From positions 1 through 36,388 of the forward strand of contig CAXNHA010000002.1 in NCBI GenBank assembly GCA_964202165.1: DNA of 36,388 bases, given 5' to 3'. Below the pieces are notes generated by a model. The model saw only the letters and a program-made list of their open reading frames with translations, made no database searches and was not told where the DNA came from. Below, in pieces: positions 7,582 to 17,100 of this stretch. The DNA comes from Candidatus Marinamargulisbacteria bacterium (GTDB lineage Bacteria; Margulisbacteria; Marinamargulisbacteria; SXXA01; JAHFDB01). A program made the position numbers and the translations under genes. The number at the start of each line of letters is the position of its first letter. Position 1 is the first letter of the stretch.

Positions 7582-8472
7582 TTAGAGTATTTTTTCCAAA
7601 TATTTTGTAAAAATATAATAGAGTTTAAGCCTAGGAGAGATTTGGTTTTGGATAATTCCATTTAATTGGACCAAGACAAATTGTTGGATAGCGGGTTGAT
7701 TTAAGGTGGTTTTTAAGAATTTTTTTGTATGGGATTGGGTGATAGATTGGACAATTGGAAAATCTCCTTCGAGAAGTTGAACATATAGATGGAGTTTTTC
7801 AATCAAGTGGATAAAATCGTAGGTAGGAGATTCAAAAAAAGAAACAACATGAAGGGTATGCCCAGATGCATTTTTGACCGATAAATCTTCTGGTAAAAAT
7901 TGAGCGATGTATAAAAATAAGGCGTTGATTTGTTCGGATGGAAGCGATGAAATCAAGATAAATAAGTCATGAATGGGCAATGATTTTTCTGAGAAAAAAT
8001 TCAAGGTAAGTATTCTTTTTTCAAAAGAAGAGAGAATATGGGTGAGGGTTTGCGTATAAGTGGATAAGCAGATAATCCCTTTTTCTAAACACAAAAAAGA
8101 AGGCTCTGTCCAGTTTTCTTTGAGAATTTTTTTGGATATTCCTTTAAAAAATAAGAGAAAATCATCCCCATTCTCTCCCCATATAAACGTATCCTTAACC
8201 CTATTTTTCCAGACAATCACGACTTTGGACTCGATAAAAGAAATTTTTTGGATGTCAGGGATCAAAATCCCTTTGTGAAAAGACAGGAGAAGAAGACAGA
8301 GTAGTTGAAATAAAAACAAGGTATCTGGATGGTAAAGATCGGCTTTTATATCCCGTTTTTGATCCAAAAAAACGTCTAAATGCCCTATTTTTTCTGCAAT
8401 ACCTTGGAGCATCAATAGAGAGGGAGGGTGATGAAGTTTTACCATTATGTTGTGGCTAGGTGAGAGACTCAA
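7582..8472 (-). CDS. hypothetical protein (296 aa, no recognised motif)
   Basis: Long ORF co-directional with and overlapping the upstream aminotransferase gene by 17 nt. TTG start; an alternative ATG lies at 8445. Confidence 0.55.
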   Translation of the reverse strand: MSLSPSHNIMVKLHHPPSLLMLQGIAEKIGHLDVFLDQKRDIKADLYHPDTLFLFQLLCLLLLSFHKGILIPDIQKISFIESKVVIVWKNRVKDTFIWGENGDDFLLFFKGISKKILKENWTEPSFLCLEKGIICLSTYTQTLTHILSSFEKRILTLNFFSEKSLPIHDLFILISSLPSEQINALFLYIAQFLPEDLSVKNASGHTLHVVSFFESPTYDFIHLIEKLHLYVQLLEGDFPIVQSITQSHTKKFLKTTLNQPAIQQFVLVQLNGIIQNQISPRLKLYYIFTKYLEKIL

Positions 8473-9646
8473 TCCATTGTTTCATGCGAGAAAGTCCCGT
8501 ATGAATATCAGGTAAAGAGGTTGCATAAGACAGTCGGATAAACCCTTCTGCACCAAATCCAGACCCAGGGATACAGGCAACCAGAGCTTCTTTTAAAAGA
8601 AATTGGCAAAAATCTGCATCAGTTTTGATCACCCCACTCTTACAAGACTTGCCCATAAGGGAAGCGATAGTGGGAAATGTATAAAAAGCACCATCTGGAT
8701 TGAGACAATGCACCCCAGGTATGTGATTGAGAAGAGCGACCATCTCATTTTTTCGCTTTTCAAATGCCAGCCGCATAGTGGCAATACTGGCATCGCCTTT
8801 TATCAAGGCATCCACACCTGCCCATTGAGAGGGGGTGTTGGCGTTGGAGGTGCAGTGGCTCTGAATCGTTCCCATGGCGGTGGCTATTGTAAGAGGGGAT
8901 GCACTATAGCCGATACGCCATCCCGTCATAGCATATGCCTTGGATAATCCATTGACCAAAATGGTGAGGTCTTGAAGCTGAGGGTCCAAAGACGCAATGC
9001 TTATATGGGCCACATTGCCATACACCAGTTTTTCATAAATCTCATCAGATAACACCAGCAGGCGATGCGCCAAGATAACCTCTGCCAAGGCAACAAGTTC
9101 GGACTTGGTATAAACAGATCCGGTGGGATTAGAAGGAGAATTTAAAATCAATAATTTTGTTTTAGGCGTGATAGCAGCTTTTAATTGAGGAGCCGTGATT
9201 TTGAATGCAGTAGACTCAGATGTGGGAATAAAGACGGGGATACCACCACATAGATGGACTTGATCGGGATAACTCACCCAATACGGAGAGGGGATAAGGA
9301 CTTCGTCCCCGGGATCGATTAAGGCCATCATAGCATTAAAAATACTGTGTTTTGCCCCGCAAGAAATCACAATTTGAGAGGGCGTGTACACAAGGTTTTG
9401 GTCTTGTTTTAGAGAGGAGGCAACGGCTTCTTTTAATTCTAAAATACCAGTGGCAGCTGTATAACGTGTTTTTCCAGATCGGATTGCCTTGATACCAGAC
9501 TCTTGAATAAATTCAGGTGTATCAAAATCAGGCTCACCTGCGCCAAAATTGATGACATCAAGACCTTCTTTTTTGAGTTTTTGGGCATATGCGGTAATGG
9601 CCATGGTTATACTGTCGCCAACAGATGAAGCACGTTTTGCAATCAT
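8456..9646 (-). CDS. class I PLP-dependent aminotransferase (aspartate/prephenate aminotransferase type)
   Basis: Carries the PLP-lysine motif NGLSKAYAMTGWRIGY, NSPSNPTG, and a GAGEPDF N-terminal motif. The length of ~396 aa is typical. Confidence 0.9.
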   Translation of the reverse strand: MIAKRASSVGDSITMAITAYAQKLKKEGLDVINFGAGEPDFDTPEFIQESGIKAIRSGKTRYTAATGILELKEAVASSLKQDQNLVYTPSQIVISCGAKHSIFNAMMALIDPGDEVLIPSPYWVSYPDQVHLCGGIPVFIPTSESTAFKITAPQLKAAITPKTKLLILNSPSNPTGSVYTKSELVALAEVILAHRLLVLSDEIYEKLVYGNVAHISIASLDPQLQDLTILVNGLSKAYAMTGWRIGYSASPLTIATAMGTIQSHCTSNANTPSQWAGVDALIKGDASIATMRLAFEKRKNEMVALLNHIPGVHCLNPDGAFYTFPTIASLMGKSCKSGVIKTDADFCQFLLKEALVACIPGSGFGAEGFIRLSYATSLPDIHTGLSRMKQWIESLT

Positions 9647-9671
9647 TGGGAAATTCCTTTATAAAGAAGCG

Positions 9672-10082
9672 TTACTTTTCAGAATAAGAACTTTTTGAAA
9701 TCAATACCAACCCCATCATAATTAGCACCACAGAAAGATATCTGTAAATACTCACAGATTCTTTTAACAAAAATTGAGACCCAATGATAACCAGTGCGTA
9801 ATTAATGCTTAGAAAAGGGTAAAGAAAAGACAGCTCAAATTTTGACAATGCCACCATCCACAAACAACCCCCCATGAGAATCAAGGCGATGCCAATCAAA
9901 ACATGTGGATGGGTTGCCATGAGTATAAATTGAGAAGCATGTGTTTTGTAAGATGAAGAAAACGCTTGTGTAGCAACAGAAATAGGGAGTGTGTTGATGG
10001 TCAATTTTAAAACAAATTCTCCCAATGTTGTCAGAAGAACAGGGACCAAAATAAACAAAAAAATCCGCTTTAGTTTTGTCAT
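9672..10082 (-). CDS. small 4-TM EamA/SMR-like membrane protein (ArnE/ArnF-like half transporter), second of a pair
   Basis: Four hydrophobic segments. ATG at 10082 forms an ATGA overlap with the stop of the upstream paralog; the track ORF extends to 10109. Half-size DMT-like proteins occurring as a pair resemble ArnE/ArnF-type flippases. Confidence 0.6.
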   Translation of the reverse strand: MTKLKRIFLFILVPVLLTTLGEFVLKLTINTLPISVATQAFSSSYKTHASQFILMATHPHVLIGIALILMGGCLWMVALSKFELSFLYPFLSINYALVIIGSQFLLKESVSIYRYLSVVLIMMGLVLISKSSYSEK

Positions 10083-10426
10083 ATAAATAGCAAAGACGCC
10101 CCTACACAAATCAAGACAATACCCAAGAATTTGTACCGATCAATTTTTTCTCCAAATAAAAAATAGCCACATACAATAATCGAAATATAGCTAATGCTCA
10201 AAAAAGGGTAGGCATAACTCAGATCAAATGTCTTGAGACTATAGCCCCAGACAAACATGTTTAAAATACCTAGAGTAGATCCTATCCACAAAAAAGGATT
10301 TCTGATCAACCGGCACAAGTTATGACGCAAATGCTCGACTGAAATCAAATCAATAGAACAAACAGCTTGCTTAAGTGACACATCGGCCACCGTACGAAGG
10401 ATAATAGATAAAACAAGAAGGCCCAT
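10079..10426 (-). CDS. small 4-TM EamA/SMR-like membrane protein, first of a pair
   Basis: 115 aa and hydrophobic (LSYAYPFLSISYISIIVCGYFLFGEKI, compared with LSFLYPFLSINYALVIIGSQFLLKESV in the partner). The two are therefore paralogous. Confidence 0.6.
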   Translation of the reverse strand: MGLLVLSIILRTVADVSLKQAVCSIDLISVEHLRHNLCRLIRNPFLWIGSTLGILNMFVWGYSLKTFDLSYAYPFLSISYISIIVCGYFLFGEKIDRYKFLGIVLICVGASLLFI

Positions 10427-10490
10427 ATTAGGTCACTTATGATAGCTAGTATCTTGAAAAACTCAACTCTTCTTTGATAGAGTCTTTGCA

Positions 10491-10940
10491 ATGTCAGGAT
10501 ACCCCCCCCTTTTTTTTGCCTCAGATCATGGGGGATATATCCTCAAAGAATCACTCATTGAGCACTATTCGAACACCCTGCCAAGCCAAGTTATTCACAA
10601 TCTAGGTACATATACAAATGATTCTGTAGACTACATTGCCTATGCCGATAAGGTTTGTCTTGCTGTTGGGAAGGGCGATGGCCTGGGGATCTTGCTATGT
10701 GGTACAGGTATTGGCATGTCTATTCGAGCCAATCGGTTTTTGGGTATTCGGGCTGCCTTGGTTGTCAGTGAAGAGATGGCAAGATTGGCCAAAGAACACA
10801 ACAATGCCAACATCTTATGTCTGGGAGGACGAACGACATCTTTTCTAGATGCCATCTATTATATAGATCAATGGCTCATGGCTACCTTTCAAGGAGGGCG
10901 GCATCAGCGACGTGTGGAGTTGTTAGATAAGAGGGTATGA
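10491..10940 (+). CDS. rpiB: ribose-5-phosphate isomerase B
   Basis: DHGGY..., CGTGIGMSIRANR, and NANILCLGGR are RpiB/LacAB family motifs. The length is 149 aa. Confidence 0.9.
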   Translation: MSGYPPLFFASDHGGYILKESLIEHYSNTLPSQVIHNLGTYTNDSVDYIAYADKVCLAVGKGDGLGILLCGTGIGMSIRANRFLGIRAALVVSEEMARLAKEHNNANILCLGGRTTSFLDAIYYIDQWLMATFQGGRHQRRVELLDKRV

Positions 10941-10963
10941 GTTATATTTGGGAGACTTTTTTT

Positions 10964-11041
10964 CGGGGTGTAGCGCAGTCCGGTTAGCGCACCAGTTTTG
11001 GGAACTGGGGGTCGTAGGTTCAAATCCTATCACCCCGACCA
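10964..11041 (+). tRNA. tRNA-Pro (anticodon UGG), CCA encoded
   Basis: Cloverleaf folded by hand:
- acceptor CGGGGTG/CACCCCG
- D stem GCGC/GCGC
- anticodon stem CCAGT/ACTGG with loop TT-TGG-GA
- T arm GTAGG-TTCAAAT-CCTAT
- discriminator A followed by CCA. Confidence 0.93.
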
Positions 11042-11043
11042 TC

Positions 11044-13590
11044 TTAATCGTCTAAAATAACCTCTACGGTCACTGCTGGATGAGCGATCTCGGTGTACCC
11101 GATTGAACCGATACTTCCTGCACGTTTTAGGTCATCTTCTAAAAAGCGAAGTCCTTCTGCTATGGCATGAGGACAGGTGATAGTCAGGGCTTTAACGGGA
11201 TGCTTCATGCTTTTTTGAGCACGTGTTTTAGCCCCTCGGACTTCTGCTAAAATGATTAAAACAGCATCCCATAACGAAGCGTTTATCGCCACATCCTTAG
11301 GGTATATTGGCCAAGGGGCCTTATGAATGGAGGGATGGATAGGGGCCCATCGCCATGACCAAATTTCTTCTGTCACGTACGGCAAAAATGGGGCAAACAA
11401 CCGTAAAAAAATACCGAGGCTCCATTCCAAACTCACCAAGGCAGAGCGTTGTTTGGCACCTGTTTCTTGATAGGCACGGCCTTTGATCAATTCAAGGTAA
11501 TGATCACAAAATGTCCAAAATGCTTTTTCGATCGTCTCCAAGGCTGTGGCATATTCAAACTGATCCAAGGCCTTGGTAGCCAGCTCTACAACCTGTTGCA
11601 ATTGGGCTATCCACAAAGCATCCATGGGTTCAAGATGCACGGGGAGGGTATCGAGAGAGACAGAGGACAAATTTTCCAATTGCATCTTCACAAATTTGGC
11701 GGCATTTAACAATTTTGTCGTGAGTTTTTTGCCAATCTGAAATACCGATTCATCATAGCTTGTGTCCACGCCCAACCGTGCACGACCTGCCCAATACCGA
11801 ATGGCATCTGCAGAGTAATGATCCAATAAGGCCTGTGGGGTGACGACATTGCCTTTGGATTTGCTCATTTTTTTACGATCAGGATCCAAAACCCATCCGC
11901 TGATTAAGACATGCCCCCAAGGGATGTCCTTGTGGTGGATCCATGATTTGGCAATGGTATAAAAAGCCCAGGTGCGGATGATTTCGTGAGATTGAGGGCG
12001 TATATCCATAGGAAACAGCTGGTTGTGACGGGCCTTATCCTGGCCCCAATGACTCATGAGTTGAGGCGTCAAAGACGAGGTGGCCCATGTGTCCATCACA
12101 TCAGGATCACCCATAAACCCATTTGGTTTTCCTCTCATAGACTCATCAAACCCAACTGGGGCAGTAGACTGAGGATCTAGAGGCAGTTGATCCGGTGTTG
12201 CAAAAATAGGGTGGTCGTAGTCTGGATTCCCACCGCCATCCAAGGGATACCACAGAGGAAATGGAATGCCAAAATACCGTTGTCGACTAATACACCAGTC
12301 TTGGTTAAGACCTTCTACCCAATTGGTGTATCTTGATTTCATAAAATCTGGATGCCATTGAATCAATTGCCCTTGGTTTAATAGGGCTTGTTTTTTGTCC
12401 AATAGCCGAACAAACCACTGGCGGGTGGTCATAAATTCGATAGGGGAATCCCCTTTTTCATAAAATTTTACAGGATGTTCAATAGGCTCAGGAGGCTTGA
12501 TCAACGCCTCTCCCAACAAGGTGCCCATTGTGGTACGGGCGGCGGCCACCTTGAGTCCTACCAACATGTCATAACTCTCTTGTGCGCGGGCACAGTCTCG
12601 AGAGCCAAAAGGATCCTGTCCAAATACAACAGGCATAAACCGTCCATTCAGACCCAATACTTGTTTGGCGGGAAGATCAGAAAATTTCCACCACGCGACA
12701 TCAGCTTGATCGCCAAATGTACATACCATCAAAATGCCACTTCCCTTCTCTGGATCGGCATGAGAAGAGGCTATGATGGGTATGGTTGCTCCAAAAATAG
12801 GGCTAATGGCATAGCGTCCAAATAAGTGGGTATAACGCGTATCATCAGGATGGGCTACCACAGCAATACAGGCAGGCAATAGCTCTGGCCGTGTGGTCAC
12901 AATGACAAGATCACCGCCATCTTGTAGCTCAAACCGAATATGATGATAAGCCCCAGGCATCACGCGGTCTTCGAGTTCTGCTTGGGCAACAGCTGTTTTA
13001 AAGTCCACATCCCACATGGTGGGGGCTTCTACTTGATAGACATGTCCCGTGTGGAGCATATCCAAAAAAGACCGTTGAGACATGGCTGTGCAATGGGGAT
13101 TGATCGTGGAGTAGGTTTGTCGCCAATCGATGGATAAGGCCAATTGTTGCCATGTGTCTTCAAATGCACGCTCATCTTCCTGGGTTAAGAGCAAACAAGC
13201 CTCAACAAAGTTGCGACGAGAGACTTCTTGTAGAGGGCCTTTTGGCGGATTTTTTTTAGGTGTCCAGTGCGGATCGTAAGGAAGCGTGGGATTGCAGGTA
13301 ATGCCAAAAACCTGTTGGACACGGCGTTCAGTGGGTAGTCCGTTGTCATCGTACCCCATTGGATAGAAGACGTTTTTGCCACACATCCGTTGGTAGCGTG
13401 CCAGAATATCCGTTTGGGTATAGCTAAAGACGTGTCCCACATGCAGAGAGCCCGAAACAGTAGGGGGAGGGGTATCTATCGAAAAAGACGCTCCGCAAGC
13501 GACTTCTTGCCAATGGTAGACCCCTGTTTTATCCCAATCCTCTTGCCATTTTTTTTCATAGTCAGTGCGAGGGTTTAGTCGTTCGTGCAT
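11044..13590 (-). CDS. valS: valine--tRNA ligase (actinobacterial/archaeal-type, ~850 aa)
   Basis: FSIDTPPPTVSGSLHVGHVFSYTQTDILARYQRMCGKNVFYPMGYDDNGLPTERRVQ (HIGH region) and KMSKSKGN match this ValRS type as I recall it. Confidence 0.92.
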   Translation of the reverse strand: MHERLNPRTDYEKKWQEDWDKTGVYHWQEVACGASFSIDTPPPTVSGSLHVGHVFSYTQTDILARYQRMCGKNVFYPMGYDDNGLPTERRVQQVFGITCNPTLPYDPHWTPKKNPPKGPLQEVSRRNFVEACLLLTQEDERAFEDTWQQLALSIDWRQTYSTINPHCTAMSQRSFLDMLHTGHVYQVEAPTMWDVDFKTAVAQAELEDRVMPGAYHHIRFELQDGGDLVIVTTRPELLPACIAVVAHPDDTRYTHLFGRYAISPIFGATIPIIASSHADPEKGSGILMVCTFGDQADVAWWKFSDLPAKQVLGLNGRFMPVVFGQDPFGSRDCARAQESYDMLVGLKVAAARTTMGTLLGEALIKPPEPIEHPVKFYEKGDSPIEFMTTRQWFVRLLDKKQALLNQGQLIQWHPDFMKSRYTNWVEGLNQDWCISRQRYFGIPFPLWYPLDGGGNPDYDHPIFATPDQLPLDPQSTAPVGFDESMRGKPNGFMGDPDVMDTWATSSLTPQLMSHWGQDKARHNQLFPMDIRPQSHEIIRTWAFYTIAKSWIHHKDIPWGHVLISGWVLDPDRKKMSKSKGNVVTPQALLDHYSADAIRYWAGRARLGVDTSYDESVFQIGKKLTTKLLNAAKFVKMQLENLSSVSLDTLPVHLEPMDALWIAQLQQVVELATKALDQFEYATALETIEKAFWTFCDHYLELIKGRAYQETGAKQRSALVSLEWSLGIFLRLFAPFLPYVTEEIWSWRWAPIHPSIHKAPWPIYPKDVAINASLWDAVLIILAEVRGAKTRAQKSMKHPVKALTITCPHAIAEGLRFLEDDLKRAGSIGSIGYTEIAHPAVTVEVILDD

Positions 13591-13623
13591 GTAATTTAGA
13601 ATACAGGATAGGCTAGGCGGAGG

Positions 13624-14199
13624 TCAAAGTAGAAAACGGGGCTTTTTTAACCACATCAGAAACGCATCTGTAAGAGCCTGGGCAAAGAGAGCTTTATCGT
13701 AGGGTTTCCCCGTTTGCTGATACAATGATGTGGCCACATGAGACAGAAGATCTGAAAAATGGTCGTGGTTGAGATTGATACCCACCCCCACCACAACATA
13801 CCGAGGATATATGGAGTGCCCTTCCACAGCTGTTTCGAGCAAAATACCTGCCACTTTTTTACCATCGATCATGACATCATTGGGAGGCTTGAGTGTGGGA
13901 TGCACACCGGAAAGGGTCTGGATCACATGGATGACAGATTGAGCTGCGGATGTCACCACAGCGGGGATGTCTTCCAACGTAAAAGAAGGTTTTATTAACA
14001 ACGAATAGTACAGCCCATCTTCTGAGTCAGAATGCCAGATGTGATCACCTTGGCCTCGACCGGCAGTTTGGGTATCAGCCACAATCACCAATCCCGTCTT
14101 GAGTTGATCCTCAGTGAGGGTGGAGGCCAAGCGTTTGGCCTCGTTGTTGGTGGAGTCGAGAGAGGGGTATGTATAGATTTTGGGGTTAATATTTGCCAT
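13624..14199 (-). CDS. birA: biotin--protein ligase, catalytic domain only (191 aa, no HTH and no C-terminal cap domain)
   Basis: GRGQGDHIWHS (compare GRGRxGRxW), LKPPNDVMIDGKKVAGILLE (compare KWPND...KLAGILVE), and VGVGINLN. It overlaps the 3' end of the carboxylase gene by 14 nt on the same strand. Confidence 0.75.
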   Translation of the reverse strand: MANINPKIYTYPSLDSTNNEAKRLASTLTEDQLKTGLVIVADTQTAGRGQGDHIWHSDSEDGLYYSLLIKPSFTLEDIPAVVTSAAQSVIHVIQTLSGVHPTLKPPNDVMIDGKKVAGILLETAVEGHSIYPRYVVVGVGINLNHDHFSDLLSHVATSLYQQTGKPYDKALFAQALTDAFLMWLKKPRFLL

Positions 14200-17100
14200 G
14201 CTTTTCGATCAGCATTTCTGCAACCCGGTCAGATTCATCATGGGAATATCCATTTGGGAATAATTTTTTAAATTCTTCTTCGGTCACAATCGCAAATGCA
14301 GACTCTCCATCCAAAAATCGTGCCACATTACATTGTTCCATTGTCAATTCTGTGGCTTTACCCTGTTTGATCAGCTCCATAACTTTTGACAATCCCTTTC
14401 TTAAGGGAATAAGGACGCCTTGGGTGTGCCCTGTCGGAAACTGCGATTGGAACAACGCGTCGGTGCTTTCTTTTTTTGAGACCTCTCGTGTCAAGACCAT
14501 ATTGCCTATTGTGACCACTTGGCCAAATTCTACCCCACCCAAAAGTCTCTTGATATATCCCGCTCCACCGACGCCACTTGTTGCAAACAATGTGTTTCTG
14601 ATCTCCGGTATTCGCTTTGCAAATGTAATTGGGATGACATAAGGCTCTCCATCCACCAAAAAATGAGCTAATTTTTGATTGGTCATTTTATTGATTTTAG
14701 GTTCTATGTGCTGAAGTTCAACCTCCATGGATTTTCCGTTTGGTAACTGGATGCGATATTTTTTGCCAGGCACCATATTGCCCATAGCCAACTCATGGGT
14801 TAACAGCGTTTCTCCATACTTTTGCATATGTTCAAGCAATGCTGCCAAGTTATCATCTGGCAACATTGCACCTGCTATCAACGTTAATGAATCAAGGCTG
14901 TTAATGACGCCCCAGGAGATTCCTTTTTCATTATGAAGACGTTGTTTGAAGGCTTCTAGATTAAATGGCCTTTCGTGAGGTGCTGTTAGTCCATATGCCT
15001 CCATTACATCCTTCCTATAGGAAGGAAACCCCAGTGGATTGGGCTCTCCCATTTCTCCTGCAATAAAATCACGAACCGTCTTGTCTAAGTTAAGATCTCT
15101 GATTGCTTTCTGATTGCCACTGTTCAATGTGTCCAAATACTCTTTTGCAATCTGGTCTAACAACAAGACACGGGTTAATTCTTTTTTTAATGCATTTGTA
15201 TCGCGATCAGGAGCCCACAAAATAGCTTTGTAGCCATTTTCTTGTGCGGAAGGATCTATAGTAGAAACAGATTTTGTTTCAAAAACCAATCTATCTGCTT
15301 CTTTTTGGATATTGAGATAGGTGTCGCTTTTTAAGAATGTTTCGTCCTTGAGTGACACATCTAGTCTACGAAGTAAATCCAGTCCCAGATTGGCTGTAGC
15401 TTGAGATGTTGGGGTAACCAATGTAAGACGGTGGTAGGGATTTTTAAAATCAGGTGTATCTGCCAAAATTTTGTCAGCAAATGCATAGGCCCACCCCGCT
15501 ACACGGCCATCAGAAATAGAGGTTAAGGGCAGGCCATTGTTGACAATTTGAGAGGCAAAGCTTGGTGCTTGGCCACCGGGTATGCGAAAAAATCGAGCTC
15601 CCAACGGGCCTAAAAAGGCTTCGCATTGGGATGGGGATACCTTCATATCATTGTAGTAGGAATGTAAGTTGTCATAAAACTTTGTTACGGTCTGAATATG
15701 CTCATCGACAACTTCTTGAGGAAGATGCTTGCCAGATGCTTTAATCTCTTTAATCAAGTCTTGTATAGAAACTTGCCCAAAGCTTTTACCCATATTGGTA
15801 AAAGCAGCATCCATGAGATCTGCTCCAGAATTTGCTTGCACCCTGGCGGCATCTCCTTTTGGATTGTGCATGTGCGTGTGTACCAATCCTTTAAATCCAC
15901 AGTCTTCCTTGATGATTCTCACCAATTCTTTCATATCAGAGACATTGGCTTGGCCAACCATATCTTTGATATCAATGATAAATTCATCTTGGTCCAACCC
16001 CTGTTCTTTGGCCAAAGCGATGATATTGTGGACCAGTTTTCTGTAGTAGGCTGCGTTGTAGACGGTGTCTCCACCTGTAAGGGCTCCCGTGTATACCACA
16101 GAAAACATAGGCATCACGACACCCTGAAAGCCTTCATTTTTTAATTCTTTGATCGCTTGGCAATACGCCTTGATGCTTTTGGATAAGCCTACCTGGGCAT
16201 CTTTATCCACAGAATTGCAGGCGTCAAAAATACGGGGCATTGTACATCCGGATTTGATCGACTCTTTAAACAGAAGTACCAGCGACTCCATGGGTTGCGC
16301 ATAATAGCTAATGCCAGTTGAGCGAAATAACCAGCTTGAGATGGTATCAGACAAGGTGTGTAGATCTTTCATCACCCGACCATGGTCTTCTTGTTTAAAG
16401 AGTAGGTCTGCAGCAGCCCGTGCACCGCCACCACCCTCCATCATAAAAAATGGAAATAGTTTTCGAATAGGATCTAAAACATCTCGCGTATCAACGCTAC
16501 GGTCTCTATTGGCAAGATCGGACTGAAAATGATCTCTTTGATTGGTGTATACAGGAATTACCAGGTTGTTTTCTTGTATCCATTTTGTAAAGCCTTTTGG
16601 ACCCAACTCTTGCAATTTATCTTTAATGCCACTTTGTTTTTCTATGCCCTTCTTGATCATGGATAATAATCCACGTAATTCCTCTATAGGATAAGGGCTA
16701 TTTTCTGCATTGGGATTGATCTTTTGTTGGGAAGCCTTGACCCCTCCTGCAAGATCTGACACAGCCTGAAGAGCCCCGTTTTGTTGTTGGATCGCCTCCT
16801 GTTTTTTTTGAATCTTAGCGGGGGCCGTCTCGTACAAATAGGGATCGCGTTGTGCTTGATCTGTGGGCACAACTTTGTCTTGACCAATCTGCTCAGCTGC
16901 ATTCCATAGAGGCGTCAGATTTAAGCTTGGGCCTGAGATCTGCACGTTAATCAAAAAGCGTTTTGTTTTTTCTGCCCATAATGTTTTGGCTAATTTGAGA
17001 TAGCCCTTTTCTCCAATCTCATCTGAAGAATACCTGTCCAACACCTCTTGCTTGGTGATGCTAATTTCCACTCTCATGATATTGCTATCCCCACTCACAG

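Noticed and set aside
7806-8067. Two AGTGGATAA sites (7806-7814 and 8059-8067; 8/9 DnaA-box matches) inside the orphan gene next to dnaA.
   Set aside because: 8/9 matches are expected every few kb by chance. They lie 250 bp apart within coding sequence, so they were not counted as part of the origin.
10454-10483. A possible rpiB promoter (TTGAAA, 18 nt, TAGAGT) that would imply a leaderless rpiB mRNA.
   Set aside because: The spacing is suboptimal and the hexamers are only moderately good. It cannot be distinguished from chance in AT-rich DNA without TSS data.
14193-16144. Several plus-strand ORFs of 60-149 aa (for example 14193-14642 and 15698-16144), and similar ones inside valS, sbcB, rho and the sdh genes.
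   Set aside because: All are antisense or off-frame shadows within long, motif-supported genes.
16203-16211. A perfect TTATCCACA DnaA box inside the carboxylase gene.
   Set aside because: It is isolated, intragenic, and has no neighbouring boxes or AT-rich DNA. This is compatible with a chance occurrence.
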